In this document: positions 21,972 through 31,740 of the stretch, in pieces
Layout: each line of letters begins with the position of its first letter
How positions within the stretch are numbered: the stretch's first letter is position 1
DNA from: Candidatus Latescibacterota bacterium
GTDB taxonomy: Bacteria > Latescibacterota > UBA2968 > UBA8231
NCBI GenBank assembly: GCA_965248265.1
Contig: CBDFJF010000002.1
Location: 3,840,001 to 3,904,000, forward strand
DNA length: 64,000 nt
Direction: 5' to 3'
Translations under genes and position numbers: made by a program
The notes under the pieces: generated by a model
Database searches by the model: none
Told to the model about the DNA's origin: nothing
What the model saw: only the letters and a program-made list of their open reading frames with translations

Positions 21972-23539
21972 CAGCCAACGCTGCAAGCTCACGCCATCTG
22001 TGCACGGCGTCCTGTTTTGTGTTGATGGTGCTCTGTGCTCCCCCAACTCGTCTACACGCTGACGAGACCACCTGGAGTGCCAAACCCAGACACGTCCAGC
22101 TGGCCGAGGACCCTCAGCCTCTCCCCAAGGGGAAAGGGATGCTATTCGTGCCGGCGATGAGTGTACCCCGGAGGAACGAGCCCAGTTACCAGGTTTTTCA
22201 CGGTGGGAAAAAAATCGCTGATGAGAATCCGGGCCGTGGGGTGCTGCTCAAGCCAGGCACCTATACCGTGCTGATCGGGTCTGGCGCCATCTCGCAGATG
22301 ATCTCCAAAACTGTGGAAGTATTCGAGGGCCATAGCACACTGTTGAAGCCCGACTGGGCGGCGCTCGTCGTCGACGTCATCGACGAAAGCCGCACCTCAG
22401 TCAACGAGTCGTATGAGCTCTATCAGGAAGGTACTCAGGAGAACTTCGGGTTGGGCTTCGGTATCGAAGAGGAACGCGGCGAGCGAGTCCGCACATGGCT
22501 CTTGAAGCCTGGCGTCTACCATGTCGTCAACGTCGACGAATCGTTCTCCACTATACGCAAGCTCAGCGTGAACCTGGAGTCCGGTAAGCTCGTGCAGCGA
22601 AACCTGGTATTCGACGCCGACGAGAGCCGGTTCATCGGATTTTACCAGCGTCCGGTCGGGCAATACGGCAGCTCCCAGAAGTTCCGGGCATTGACCTCGC
22701 AGACGGAATTGAGTGGCTCGGTCCTGGGGAACACGACTCAGCGCACAGCCCAGGATCGCACCTCTCTGTCTCTTTCCTTACAGATGTTCAACCGCACCAG
22801 CTACAAATCCGACAAGAACATTGCCAGTTTGCGCTTCATCCTCGAAGAGGGGGCGACCAAGGAGGAGGGCAGTGCCTTCCGCAAATCGATCGATAAATTC
22901 GAGGCGCGCGGAACGTATATTTTTCGCGTTTCACCCAAGTTCGGCCCCTACCTTCGCGCCGTCATGACGACGAAACTATTCACGAATGACGTCTTTTTCG
23001 ATCAACCGCGAGATTTCGTCAAGCTCAGCAACATTGGATTAGACGAGCTGGGTAACACTCGTTACGATACGCTTGGGATCGAACCCAACGCTTCTGAGAT
23101 CACGCTATCTCCCTCGTTTTTTCCCCTTCAGCTGCGCCAGGGTGTGGGAATCAACTCACAACTGCTTCGCACCTTCCCCCTCAACATCGATGTCCGTATC
23201 GGGGTCGGTGCGCGCCAGACCTTCAACTCTGATTCGTTCGAACTGGCCGGCAACGACAGCAGTGCCATCGAGCGGGAGAACACCTCCAGCACCGGAATCG
23301 AAGCCCTCTTGATCACAGACGCCAGGTTGGCCAAGGCCATCAACTTCGACTCCGAATTCGACATCCTCATCCCATCCACCGACCCCAACGAGTGGGAGTT
23401 CAGTTGGGAGAACCGCATGAGGATCTTCCTGACCAGCTTCATCAACCTCGACATCGTCGCCGATCTGGAACGCGGAAAATTTCCCAGCCAAACCGCGGGC
23501 CGCGAGCAGATTCTGCTGCGCTTTTCCAGGTTCTTCTGA
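21968..23539 (+). CDS. Hypothetical exported protein, probable outer-membrane beta-barrel C-terminal domain
   Basis: Signal peptide, N-terminal LKPG.Y beta-sandwich repeats, amphipathic strands, terminal Phe (LLRFSRFF). Confidence 0.55.
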   Translation: MTANAASSRHLCTASCFVLMVLCAPPTRLHADETTWSAKPRHVQLAEDPQPLPKGKGMLFVPAMSVPRRNEPSYQVFHGGKKIADENPGRGVLLKPGTYTVLIGSGAISQMISKTVEVFEGHSTLLKPDWAALVVDVIDESRTSVNESYELYQEGTQENFGLGFGIEEERGERVRTWLLKPGVYHVVNVDESFSTIRKLSVNLESGKLVQRNLVFDADESRFIGFYQRPVGQYGSSQKFRALTSQTELSGSVLGNTTQRTAQDRTSLSLSLQMFNRTSYKSDKNIASLRFILEEGATKEEGSAFRKSIDKFEARGTYIFRVSPKFGPYLRAVMTTKLFTNDVFFDQPRDFVKLSNIGLDELGNTRYDTLGIEPNASEITLSPSFFPLQLRQGVGINSQLLRTFPLNIDVRIGVGARQTFNSDSFELAGNDSSAIERENTSSTGIEALLITDARLAKAINFDSEFDILIPSTDPNEWEFSWENRMRIFLTSFINLDIVADLERGKFPSQTAGREQILLRFSRFF

Positions 23540-23559
23540 ACGACTCAAACACACGCACC

Positions 23560-24651
23560 GTGACCGGCATCAGGCGTGACGGCAACGGCGAGATTCGCAT
23601 AGAGGGCGAACTCACCCTGCACAGCGTGGCGCAGTTGGAGATGGAGCTGCACGAATCACTGGCTGTGGAGAGCGTTCGCGTCTTCATCGACTTGGGCGGA
23701 GTGACGAGTCTCGACACCGCGGGTGCCGTTTTTGTACGGCGCCTACCGGACATCGCTCGGATGGCAGGAATCGTGTTGACCCTTGGACCGCTACCCGCAC
23801 ACCTGCGGGGGTTTTTTGACTACGTCGGCGACGCCCCGGCTGCCCCAGTTACTGAACAAGATCAATCCACCCCTCTGGAGCACCTGGGCGGTTGGATGGT
23901 GAAGACCTGGGACGGTCTGTTCGCCTTCCTCTACCTGTTGTCTGATCTGACATGGGATGCCATCTCCGCCCTGCCCAAGCGTGAGGGAATACGCCGCGGT
24001 TCATTCGTGGACCAGGCCGTCTTCGTGGGCTCGCAGGGGTTGCCGATCGTTGCCGTGATCATGTTCCTGATCGGCGCCGTGTCGACCCTGCAGACGATCG
24101 CCCAGCTGCGGCAGTTCGGTGCCAACGTTCTGGTCGCCGACATCCTCGCCATCGGCATAACGCGGGAGCTGGGGCCGCTGATGACGGCGATCATCGTCGC
24201 CGGCCGCAGCGGCTCGGCCATCGCGGCTGAGATCTCGACTATGAAATTCACCGAGGAAATCGACGCCCTGCGCACGATGGCGCTGGATCCCCTTCGCCTG
24301 GTTGCCGTTCCCAAGATGTGGGCGATGATCCTGACCGTGCCACTGTTGACGGTGATGGCTGATTTCATGGGCCTTCTCGGCGGCACACTCACGGGTGTCC
24401 TGTCGATGGAGATCTCCCTGACGACCTGGACGACCCGCATCACCGAAGCCCTGATGCTCAAGGACGTACTCACCGGCCTGCTCAAGAGCGTCTCATTCGC
24501 CTGGATCATCACCGTTATCGCCGTAGGCCGCGGACTGCAACACAGCGGAGGCGCTTCCGGCGTCGGCCAGGCAACGACTGCATCCGTCGTCGCCTCGATC
24601 TTCGGCATCATCGTCCTCGATCTCACCTGGAATCTTATTTTCTACCTGTGA
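23560..24651 (+). CDS. mlaE: MlaE-family permease with N-terminal STAS domain
   Basis: DLGGVTSLDTAGA (STAS), RELGPLMTAIIVAGRSGSAIAAEI, EEIDAL, GVGQATT. Start approximate. Confidence 0.9.
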   Translation: MTGIRRDGNGEIRIEGELTLHSVAQLEMELHESLAVESVRVFIDLGGVTSLDTAGAVFVRRLPDIARMAGIVLTLGPLPAHLRGFFDYVGDAPAAPVTEQDQSTPLEHLGGWMVKTWDGLFAFLYLLSDLTWDAISALPKREGIRRGSFVDQAVFVGSQGLPIVAVIMFLIGAVSTLQTIAQLRQFGANVLVADILAIGITRELGPLMTAIIVAGRSGSAIAAEISTMKFTEEIDALRTMALDPLRLVAVPKMWAMILTVPLLTVMADFMGLLGGTLTGVLSMEISLTTWTTRITEALMLKDVLTGLLKSVSFAWIITVIAVGRGLQHSGGASGVGQATTASVVASIFGIIVLDLTWNLIFYL

Positions 24652-25403
24652 TGATGACGACTACCGCGGCCTCGCTGTTGGCGATTGAAATCGACGAACT
24701 GGCCGTAGCCTACGACGGCCACTTCGTTCTTCGTGACGTCAATCTACAGGTTACCAACGGCGACATCGCCGTCATCGTTGGCGGCAGCGGGTGCGGTAAG
24801 ACGACCCTGCTGAAAGCGATCATCGGATTGGTCGAGCCAACATCAGGCAGAGTCCGTGTGCTGGGTCGCAGTGCCGTCGAAGAGACAGAGCTCGAGCAGC
24901 GTGCCTTCCAGCAGCGACTGGGCGTACTCTTTCAACACGGTGCTCTGTTGAACTCGATCACCGTGGGTGAGAACGTGGCGTTGCCACTGGAAATGCACAC
25001 GCAGATGTCATCGTCGATGATCCGCGACATCGTCATGACTCGGCTGAACCAGGTCGGCCTGGTACACGCTGTCGATCTCATGCCAACGGAGCTGTCGGGC
25101 GGCATGCGCAAGCGCGCCGCACTCGCCCGTGCCATGTCCCTCGATCCCGAGATCCTGTTCTGCGACGAACCTGGCGCCGGCCTCGATCCCGTGACCGCGG
25201 CAGAGGTCGACAACCTGTTGCTGACAATCAACCAGGCCCTGAACACGACCATCGTCATCGTCACTCATGAACTGCTGAGCATCAACCGTCTTGATGGCCA
25301 ACTGCTGATGCTGGATGGTGGCCGGGTCGTGTTTTCCGGGTCCACGGCTGATGCCCGCACTTCATCGCTGCCACAGCTGCAGCAGTTCTTCAGCCCAGGC
25401 TGA
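24648..25403 (+). CDS. mlaF: MlaF-family ABC ATPase
   Basis: GGSGCGKT, LFQHGAL, LSGGMRKRAALARA, DEP, VTH. Confidence 0.9.
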   Translation: MMMTTTAASLLAIEIDELAVAYDGHFVLRDVNLQVTNGDIAVIVGGSGCGKTTLLKAIIGLVEPTSGRVRVLGRSAVEETELEQRAFQQRLGVLFQHGALLNSITVGENVALPLEMHTQMSSSMIRDIVMTRLNQVGLVHAVDLMPTELSGGMRKRAALARAMSLDPEILFCDEPGAGLDPVTAAEVDNLLLTINQALNTTIVIVTHELLSINRLDGQLLMLDGGRVVFSGSTADARTSSLPQLQQFFSPG

Positions 25404-25894
25404 TGGAAACGATCATCATCGCGGCGGTCACCGACAACGACGTCATCGGGCGGGACGGAGGCATGCCTTGGCATTTCCCCGCCGACATGCGCCATTTTGA
25501 GCGCACGACGACCGGGCATTCGTGCGTGATGGGACGTCGGACCTACGAGTCATTCCCCCGGCGCCCGTTGCGCAATCGCACCAACATCGTGCTGACCAGC
25601 AACGCTGATTACGACGCTCCCCCAGAAGTCGTTGTCATGAACAACCTGGGAGGGGCACTCGATTTCGCCGCGACATCGGGGGCAGCCAAGCTGTTCGTAT
25701 GCGGAGGCGCGCGTGTCTATGAGGAAGCCCTGCCGCACGTGGACGAGATGATCCTCACCCGAATCCACCTAAAGGTTGAAGGCGACACGTATTTTCCTGA
25801 CTGGGACGTTGACCAGTTCGAAGTCGTCGACAGGGACGCACTCGATGAGGCGGATCTGGAGGTCGTCACCTACCGACGCAAACCGAATTCGTAA
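25403..25894 (+). CDS. folA: Dihydrofolate reductase
   Basis: VIG..MPWH.PADM, MGRRTYES, RPL.NR, GGARVY, EGDTYFP. Confidence 0.95.
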   Translation: METIIIAAVTDNDVIGRDGGMPWHFPADMRHFERTTTGHSCVMGRRTYESFPRRPLRNRTNIVLTSNADYDAPPEVVVMNNLGGALDFAATSGAAKLFVCGGARVYEEALPHVDEMILTRIHLKVEGDTYFPDWDVDQFEVVDRDALDEADLEVVTYRRKPNS

Positions 25895-25964
25895 TTGTGC
25901 GACCGTAGAAATAGTTTATAGGTACGCACACCTTCTCTCGGCCCCACACCAAAGAGATCAGACC

Positions 25965-27161
25965 ATGTTCGAGTCCGTAGAAATGGCACCCGCTGACCCC
26001 ATTCTGGGCCTCAGTGCCGCGTTCCGCGAAGATCCCAATCCCGCCAAGATCAATCTCGGCGTCGGCGAGTACCGTGACACAGAGGGCAACACGCCGGTGT
26101 TGCAGACCGTGAAGGAGGTCGAGGCTCAGATGCTCAGTCAGGAAACCTCGAAATCCTATCTGCCCATCGAGGGATCTGCCGAGTACGGCGCTGCCGTGAG
26201 AACGCTGTTGTTCGGAGAAGCAGATGTGGACGAGCCAGTTGCCGGGCGTAGCGCAATTACCCTGCAGACTCCCGGGGGCACCGGTGCCTTGCGGTTAGCC
26301 GGTGATTTCATCCACCGCCACTATCCCGGGTCACGGCTCTGGCTCAGCGATCCAACCTGGGCCAATCATCCCAAGATCTTTGAGGCAGCCGGCGTCGCGG
26401 TATCCAGCTATCCCTATTTTGACACCGCCACCAACGAGCTGAATTTCGAGGCGATGAAGAGCGCATTGAGGAATGATGTTGCGCAAGGCGACGTGGTTCT
26501 CCTGCACGGATGCTGCCACAACCCTTGTGGAGCCGACCCGACGCCCGCACAGTGGCAGGAAATCGGCGAGATACTCGCTTCCCACGGCGGAGTTCCCTTC
26601 ATCGATTTCGCCTATCAAGGATTTGCTGATGGATTAGAAGCGGACGCCCAGGGGCTGAGAGCACTGCTACCCTCCTGTCCCGAGGTGCTCATCGCCAGCT
26701 CCTTCTCGAAGAACTTCGCGCTCTACAAAGAGCGCGTCGGGGCGCTTACGGCGGTGACGCCATCGGCGTCCACGGCTGCAGTGCTGAGCCACCTGAAGGT
26801 CTGCGTACGCACGAACTTCTCGAATCCACCAGCGCATGGCGCCGCCATCGTCGCCGGCATCCTCCACGATCCTGATCTGCGCGCGCGTTGGGAAGGCGAA
26901 CTCGCCGCCATGCGTGAACGAATAAACGGCATGCGATCGCTGTATGTAAGCACCATGAAGGCGAAGGGCGTGGAACTCGACTTCACCTTCATCGAGCGTC
27001 AGCGCGGCATGTTCTCGTTTTCCGGTCTCGACAAGGATCAGGTGGAGCAGCTGCGTGAGCGTTACTCGATCTACATCGTGGGCTCAGGGCGCATCAATGT
27101 CGCCGCCATCACTCCAGCGAACGTCGACGGTCTGTGCGAGGCTATTGCTTCGGTATTGTGA
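25965..27161 (+). CDS. aspC: Aspartate/aromatic amino acid aminotransferase
   Basis: APADPILGL, INLGVG, GGTGAL, CHNP, SFSKNFALYKERVG, GMFSFSGL. Confidence 0.92.
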   Translation: MFESVEMAPADPILGLSAAFREDPNPAKINLGVGEYRDTEGNTPVLQTVKEVEAQMLSQETSKSYLPIEGSAEYGAAVRTLLFGEADVDEPVAGRSAITLQTPGGTGALRLAGDFIHRHYPGSRLWLSDPTWANHPKIFEAAGVAVSSYPYFDTATNELNFEAMKSALRNDVAQGDVVLLHGCCHNPCGADPTPAQWQEIGEILASHGGVPFIDFAYQGFADGLEADAQGLRALLPSCPEVLIASSFSKNFALYKERVGALTAVTPSASTAAVLSHLKVCVRTNFSNPPAHGAAIVAGILHDPDLRARWEGELAAMRERINGMRSLYVSTMKAKGVELDFTFIERQRGMFSFSGLDKDQVEQLRERYSIYIVGSGRINVAAITPANVDGLCEAIASVL

Positions 27162-27193
27162 GGACGATGGCGCCAAGGACCGGCGCCGCGCAC

Positions 27194-28357
27194 TTACCCA
27201 AACACCGATAACTCCCGCAAGCGGGTGACCACCTCCGGCACTATCCCGATCACGCGGTCGATCTCTTCCTGATCGTTCGAGTATCCGATGGAAAACCGGA
27301 CTGAGGATGCGGCGAGGCGAGGCTCGAGTCCCATAGCCAGCAAGACATGAGAGGGATCGGTGGAACCCGAGGCGCAAGCAGAACCGCTGGACACAGCGAT
27401 GCCGGCGAGATCCAGTCCCATGACGACGGCTTCGGATTCTACCCCGGTAAACGCAATACTGGATGTATTCGCCAACCGCGCACCGCCATGGCCATGGATG
27501 ACGATGTCATCGAGGGCGGCCGATAGCCCGGACTCGAGGCGGTCCCGTAGACGACCCCAATGCTTGGGGGCTTGGCCCAACTCTCGCCGGGTCAATTCCA
27601 CGGCCCGTCCAAAGCCCACTATGCTGGCGACGTTTTCGGTACCGGCCCGCAACCCTCCCTCGTGATCGCCTCCGTGCATTAGGGCTTCGATCGTCGTTCC
27701 CGCACGCACGTAGAGGGCGCCAACTCCCTTGGGTCCGTTGATTTTGTGAGCCGATACGGAGACAGCGTCGGCATTGAACTTCGATGGATGGACCAGCAGC
27801 TTGCCGAATGTCTGCACGGCATCCACATGAAACGGGATTCCCCGTTCCCTCGCCATGCGGCCAGCTTCCTCCACAGGCTGCAGGGAGCCGGTTTCGTTGT
27901 TCGCGTGCATGATTGACAACAGCGATGTGTCCCCGCCGTCGAGACTGGTTTCCAAGGCCTCCAGATCCAGCACTCCGTGGGTGTCCACCGGCACGTAGAC
28001 GACCTCATGTCCCATACTTTCCAGGAACTGACACGTGTGCAAAACCGCGTGGTGTTCGATTGCCGAAGTCACGATCCTACACCGGGCCCTTGTCGCATTC
28101 AATCCTTTGATGGCCCAGTTATCCGCTTCCGTGCCACCACTGGTGAAGTGAATCTCCTCCGGAGCGCAGGCCAGCGCTGTTGCCAGCGATGCTCTGGCCT
28201 CTTCGATTCCTTGCCGGGCTTGGATGCCGATGCTGTGAATGCTGGAAGGATTGCCGCAGGCCCCTTCCAGAAACGGTAGCATCACTTCGAGCACGCGAGG
28301 ATGTATTGGAGTCGTAGCGTTGTGGTCCAGGTAGATAATGGAGTTACCCGTTTTCAT
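27194..28357 (-). CDS. iscS: Cysteine desulfurase (IscS/NifS)
   Basis: YLDHNATT, NNETG, SAHK, SSGSAC. Confidence 0.9.
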   Translation of the reverse strand: MKTGNSIIYLDHNATTPIHPRVLEVMLPFLEGACGNPSSIHSIGIQARQGIEEARASLATALACAPEEIHFTSGGTEADNWAIKGLNATRARCRIVTSAIEHHAVLHTCQFLESMGHEVVYVPVDTHGVLDLEALETSLDGGDTSLLSIMHANNETGSLQPVEEAGRMARERGIPFHVDAVQTFGKLLVHPSKFNADAVSVSAHKINGPKGVGALYVRAGTTIEALMHGGDHEGGLRAGTENVASIVGFGRAVELTRRELGQAPKHWGRLRDRLESGLSAALDDIVIHGHGGARLANTSSIAFTGVESEAVVMGLDLAGIAVSSGSACASGSTDPSHVLLAMGLEPRLAASSVRFSIGYSNDQEEIDRVIGIVPEVVTRLRELSVFG

Positions 28358-29493
28358 TGGACTAGCACGTCAAAGCTGATCGCCCGTAGCAGTACTGGTG
28401 ACCCGCTCAGGAGTTCGGGTTTGCTGACCAGACTCGCTTCGCCGATGATGAACTTCTCCTCGGAGCCCAACTCGATGCCGTCCCCACCACGCACGATTTC
28501 CACTGGCGCTCCCTCGCCCACTTCTGTCGTCAGGAAGTTCGTGAGTTTGCCATCGATCAAGTCCAGGCCGCGAAAATCCTTCACTTGACCCCGCCTGATC
28601 AGCTCGTCAATCTCTTCGAACAACTCGCCGCGATCGGCGTCCAGCTCCTCGGCAATGACGAAATACAACGTGTGGACAATGTTCTCCGCCTCGAATGTAA
28701 ACGTGCTGGCAATCTGATCATGGCCGGCATATACGGGATTGAGATCGATCAGATCGTGCCGCACGCCGTCGGAGCGAAAGAGAAACGCCCAGACCGCACA
28801 GTCCGCATCCGTGGTGTAACGCAACTGCATCCGATCACCGATGGCCACGGCGGAACCCTCTTCCAACGGCACCAAATCAGTGAAGGAACCGGTGACGCGC
28901 CACAGTATCAGATGAAGGTCAACATTCACGACGAAGGCGGCGTCCGCGAGCTCCTGAGGCTCCAGCTCCCTAAACTTCGCTGCCGCCCGAGTCAGCTCGC
29001 GCTCTGTCAGGCGGGAAGCCCTCGTGTGGCGGACCGCTCCGTTCTGCCTTTCGGTCAGCACTAGGCGCACATACGCCCATGGCGAGTCGTAGTGAACCTT
29101 GCCGCTCAACAACAGCTCCGAGGACAACTCTTGCCAGTCGGTTGGTAACACCGAATCAGCCTTCCAGGAAGGCGCCTTCTTTTCCTGCGAACTTTCCACC
29201 ATCATACCGACACCCGCGGCGACTGGTGCTCGACGGCGCAGCAGCGCATTCATGAGATGGTCGTCGAGCAAGCGAGTTTCAGCCGTCTGCCGACCGTCAT
29301 CATTTCTGAAGCCGAGTACGGCTATCGAGCCGTCCGCTTGATCGATCGTTCCAGCTACCTCGTCCACTAGGTGGCCGATCGTTGGGGGTATGCCCTGCTC
29401 CTGCGGGCGTCGTGGCCATTGATCCCGGATCAATCCGCATCCCGCAACGCAGCAGGAAACCGTCACCCATGCTGCGACCTCCTGCCAGCTCAC
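28354..29493 (-). CDS. Hypothetical lipoprotein with FlgO-like N-domain and DUF4384-like C-domain
   Basis: VAGC lipobox; IAVLGF segment; GDRMQLRY...AVWAFLFRSDG segment. Confidence 0.5.
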   Translation of the reverse strand: MSWQEVAAWVTVSCCVAGCGLIRDQWPRRPQEQGIPPTIGHLVDEVAGTIDQADGSIAVLGFRNDDGRQTAETRLLDDHLMNALLRRRAPVAAGVGMMVESSQEKKAPSWKADSVLPTDWQELSSELLLSGKVHYDSPWAYVRLVLTERQNGAVRHTRASRLTERELTRAAAKFRELEPQELADAAFVVNVDLHLILWRVTGSFTDLVPLEEGSAVAIGDRMQLRYTTDADCAVWAFLFRSDGVRHDLIDLNPVYAGHDQIASTFTFEAENIVHTLYFVIAEELDADRGELFEEIDELIRRGQVKDFRGLDLIDGKLTNFLTTEVGEGAPVEIVRGGDGIELGSEEKFIIGEASLVSKPELLSGSPVLLRAISFDVLVQ

Positions 29494-31562
29494 CCCGACT
29501 CCTCAGCATCTGAATCTCCCGAAGTCGGGAATTCGTCGTCCCGACGACCGTCCACCTGACCCGGCTTGGCGCCTCGCTGCGCGCCGTCCTCCAGGTGTCG
29601 CCCCTCGCCGATCTCCCGGCTCAGCGGCACGAAATCCTCATCAGGAAGCGAGGTATCCAGCCCAAGATCGGGCCCGCCAGGCGACGACGGCAAGTCTGCG
29701 GAGGAGGCTTCGCGACGCGCATCCTCCCGCTGCTGACTCACTCCAGCCACCGCGCGCACGCGCGCTCGAGAGCGCAACTGCCGCTCCAACAGCACCTGAC
29801 CGAGCAGCTGCCGAGCCTGATTGAGGATAACAGCCTTTTTCTCGTCTCGATCGGGCATCTGCTCCAAAACCTCGTAGAGGGCGGAGATCGCCGGCGGCCC
29901 CAGTACCGGTATGTGCTTGGCCAGCTGCTCGTAGTGGTCACTTCGATCGAGCCGGATCAGTATGCTGGCGAGCTGAAAGTTGGCGTCTGGATCAGCAGCG
30001 CCGAACTCGGCCACCGTCCGTCTGTAGGAGCGCACGTACATCAGGACACCACTCGGATCCGATGTCAAGCGGTGAGGATTATCCTCGAGCAGACCGATGA
30101 CAAGCTCGTCATCATGCACTCGGCAGCGCTCAGCCAAAGCCCGGTCTGCGGCACTTCCTCCTGAATCCATGCGGTCGAGGATCTCGCATGCGGTACTGAC
30201 GATGGACTGTTTTTTCATGCGGAAAGTGGCCCACTCGTCTTCGTTCCTCAGTCGGTGCAGTCCGATGACTTGTAGGGCCTCCTCGCGAGCCACATCACCC
30301 ATTTCGATCAGCTGATTGACGAACTCAGGGTAAAAGGGCGATTTGTCGAGGCGTAGCAGGATGCCAGCCAACGCCCGCTCCAGACCGCTCTCAACGCCGC
30401 TGCGCCCAAGCGCCCTGCAGCGACCAAAGCGCGAGAACACGCCCGCTGGATCAGAGCTCAGCGAGCACAGGTACATCCACAGCGGATGAACCAGATCCAG
30501 GCTCTCCGTCTCTCCACTGCGGTGGGATTCGAAGAAGCCCTGCAGGCCACGATGGCCCATCTCGACCACCTGCTGCAGGAAGACCGCCCGGGGCTTGGGA
30601 ATGATGCCCTTGCAGAACGTCGTCATCAGCGGTGCTGGATCGAAGCGGAGGGCATCGCGGTAGTCGTGGAGAACATCGGCAAAACAGGCGGGAGCGATGT
30701 CGTCTCCGCGTGCCAGAGCCACCTGTCGAGCCGCACCGTGAATGATGTCCCGATCGAAGAGAAACATCCGGGGGTACTCGAAGATGTCGGCGATGCGCTC
30801 CATTTTGCCCTGGGACCATCTGTGCTCAAGATCGGCGTTGAACAGACCTCGGGCGATGTCGAGTGGTTCCGTCGAGTAAGCGTTGAAATGCCCGACCCGG
30901 ACCAGGTCGGACCGGTAGCCGTTGATGAACTCCTCGACTTCGCATTGTCCCTGTTCGGGGTGGCTGCGCCGGTGATGGTTGCGCTCGCGCGCGTAGGCCC
31001 GGAAGTACGGCTCCGACAGGCGTGCCTTCCCTCCTCCTGTCCCCTTCACATCCTCGCCGTAGGCGGTGAGCACATCGACCAGCAGCAGATAATCGAGCAG
31101 CATCCAACCGGCATAGATGAGTCCTTCGGCAATGGCCCAGTAATCATAGCCCAATTCCTCTGCCTGCTTCAGCAATACCTCCGGCATGTAGATGGTGCGA
31201 CGCCGCCGCCCTATGTGAACGGCTTGATGGTGACGGTAGTCACGGAAACTCAACAGCGCGTCATCCCTGATCAGGGTGAGACTTACGGGCCCATAAATGA
31301 GCGCTGTGCGAAGGTTATCGGGGATCTTGTTGAGAACTTTCCAGAACAGGAGAACCAGATCATCTGCGGCATGCAACTTGGGAAGTCTGTCATCGTCGGG
31401 AAAATGCGGCAGCCTGGTCTGTTCACCAAAAAGGATCACCTTGTCGGCCAGCGAGATAGCCTCGTTGATCTCGTCGTGCGGAACGTCTCCGTCAAAGATC
31501 CCGAGGTTGACGTCGGTTTTTTCCTCGTTCGCCGTTTGCATCGTCCTTTTCGGATTTGCCAT
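29490..31562 (-). CDS. Hypothetical 690-aa helical protein with internal repeats
   Basis: Long ORF with host-like codon use; 4-bp overlap with the next gene; no family recognised. Confidence 0.75.
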   Translation of the reverse strand: MANPKRTMQTANEEKTDVNLGIFDGDVPHDEINEAISLADKVILFGEQTRLPHFPDDDRLPKLHAADDLVLLFWKVLNKIPDNLRTALIYGPVSLTLIRDDALLSFRDYRHHQAVHIGRRRRTIYMPEVLLKQAEELGYDYWAIAEGLIYAGWMLLDYLLLVDVLTAYGEDVKGTGGGKARLSEPYFRAYARERNHHRRSHPEQGQCEVEEFINGYRSDLVRVGHFNAYSTEPLDIARGLFNADLEHRWSQGKMERIADIFEYPRMFLFDRDIIHGAARQVALARGDDIAPACFADVLHDYRDALRFDPAPLMTTFCKGIIPKPRAVFLQQVVEMGHRGLQGFFESHRSGETESLDLVHPLWMYLCSLSSDPAGVFSRFGRCRALGRSGVESGLERALAGILLRLDKSPFYPEFVNQLIEMGDVAREEALQVIGLHRLRNEDEWATFRMKKQSIVSTACEILDRMDSGGSAADRALAERCRVHDDELVIGLLEDNPHRLTSDPSGVLMYVRSYRRTVAEFGAADPDANFQLASILIRLDRSDHYEQLAKHIPVLGPPAISALYEVLEQMPDRDEKKAVILNQARQLLGQVLLERQLRSRARVRAVAGVSQQREDARREASSADLPSSPGGPDLGLDTSLPDEDFVPLSREIGEGRHLEDGAQRGAKPGQVDGRRDDEFPTSGDSDAEESG

Positions 31563-31740
31563 GGTCGGTTGATAGTGAATATAGGGGTCGCAATCCGCAC
31601 GGCCAGCTATCGCGATGTGGTAATATGGCAGTGTTGGTGTTATTATTGAACTTGCGGCAAGTTCTGCCTGCCTGAACGGTGCGCCTGGCCTGCCCTTCTT
31701 CTGTATATCGGTCCGCTGAGGACATCACCCGACATACCAA

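Noticed and set aside
30486-31649. Long antisense ORFs (this 387-aa one, 18191-19000, 11988-12770 and similar)
   Set aside because: Shadow frames of high-GC genes with no recognisable motifs.
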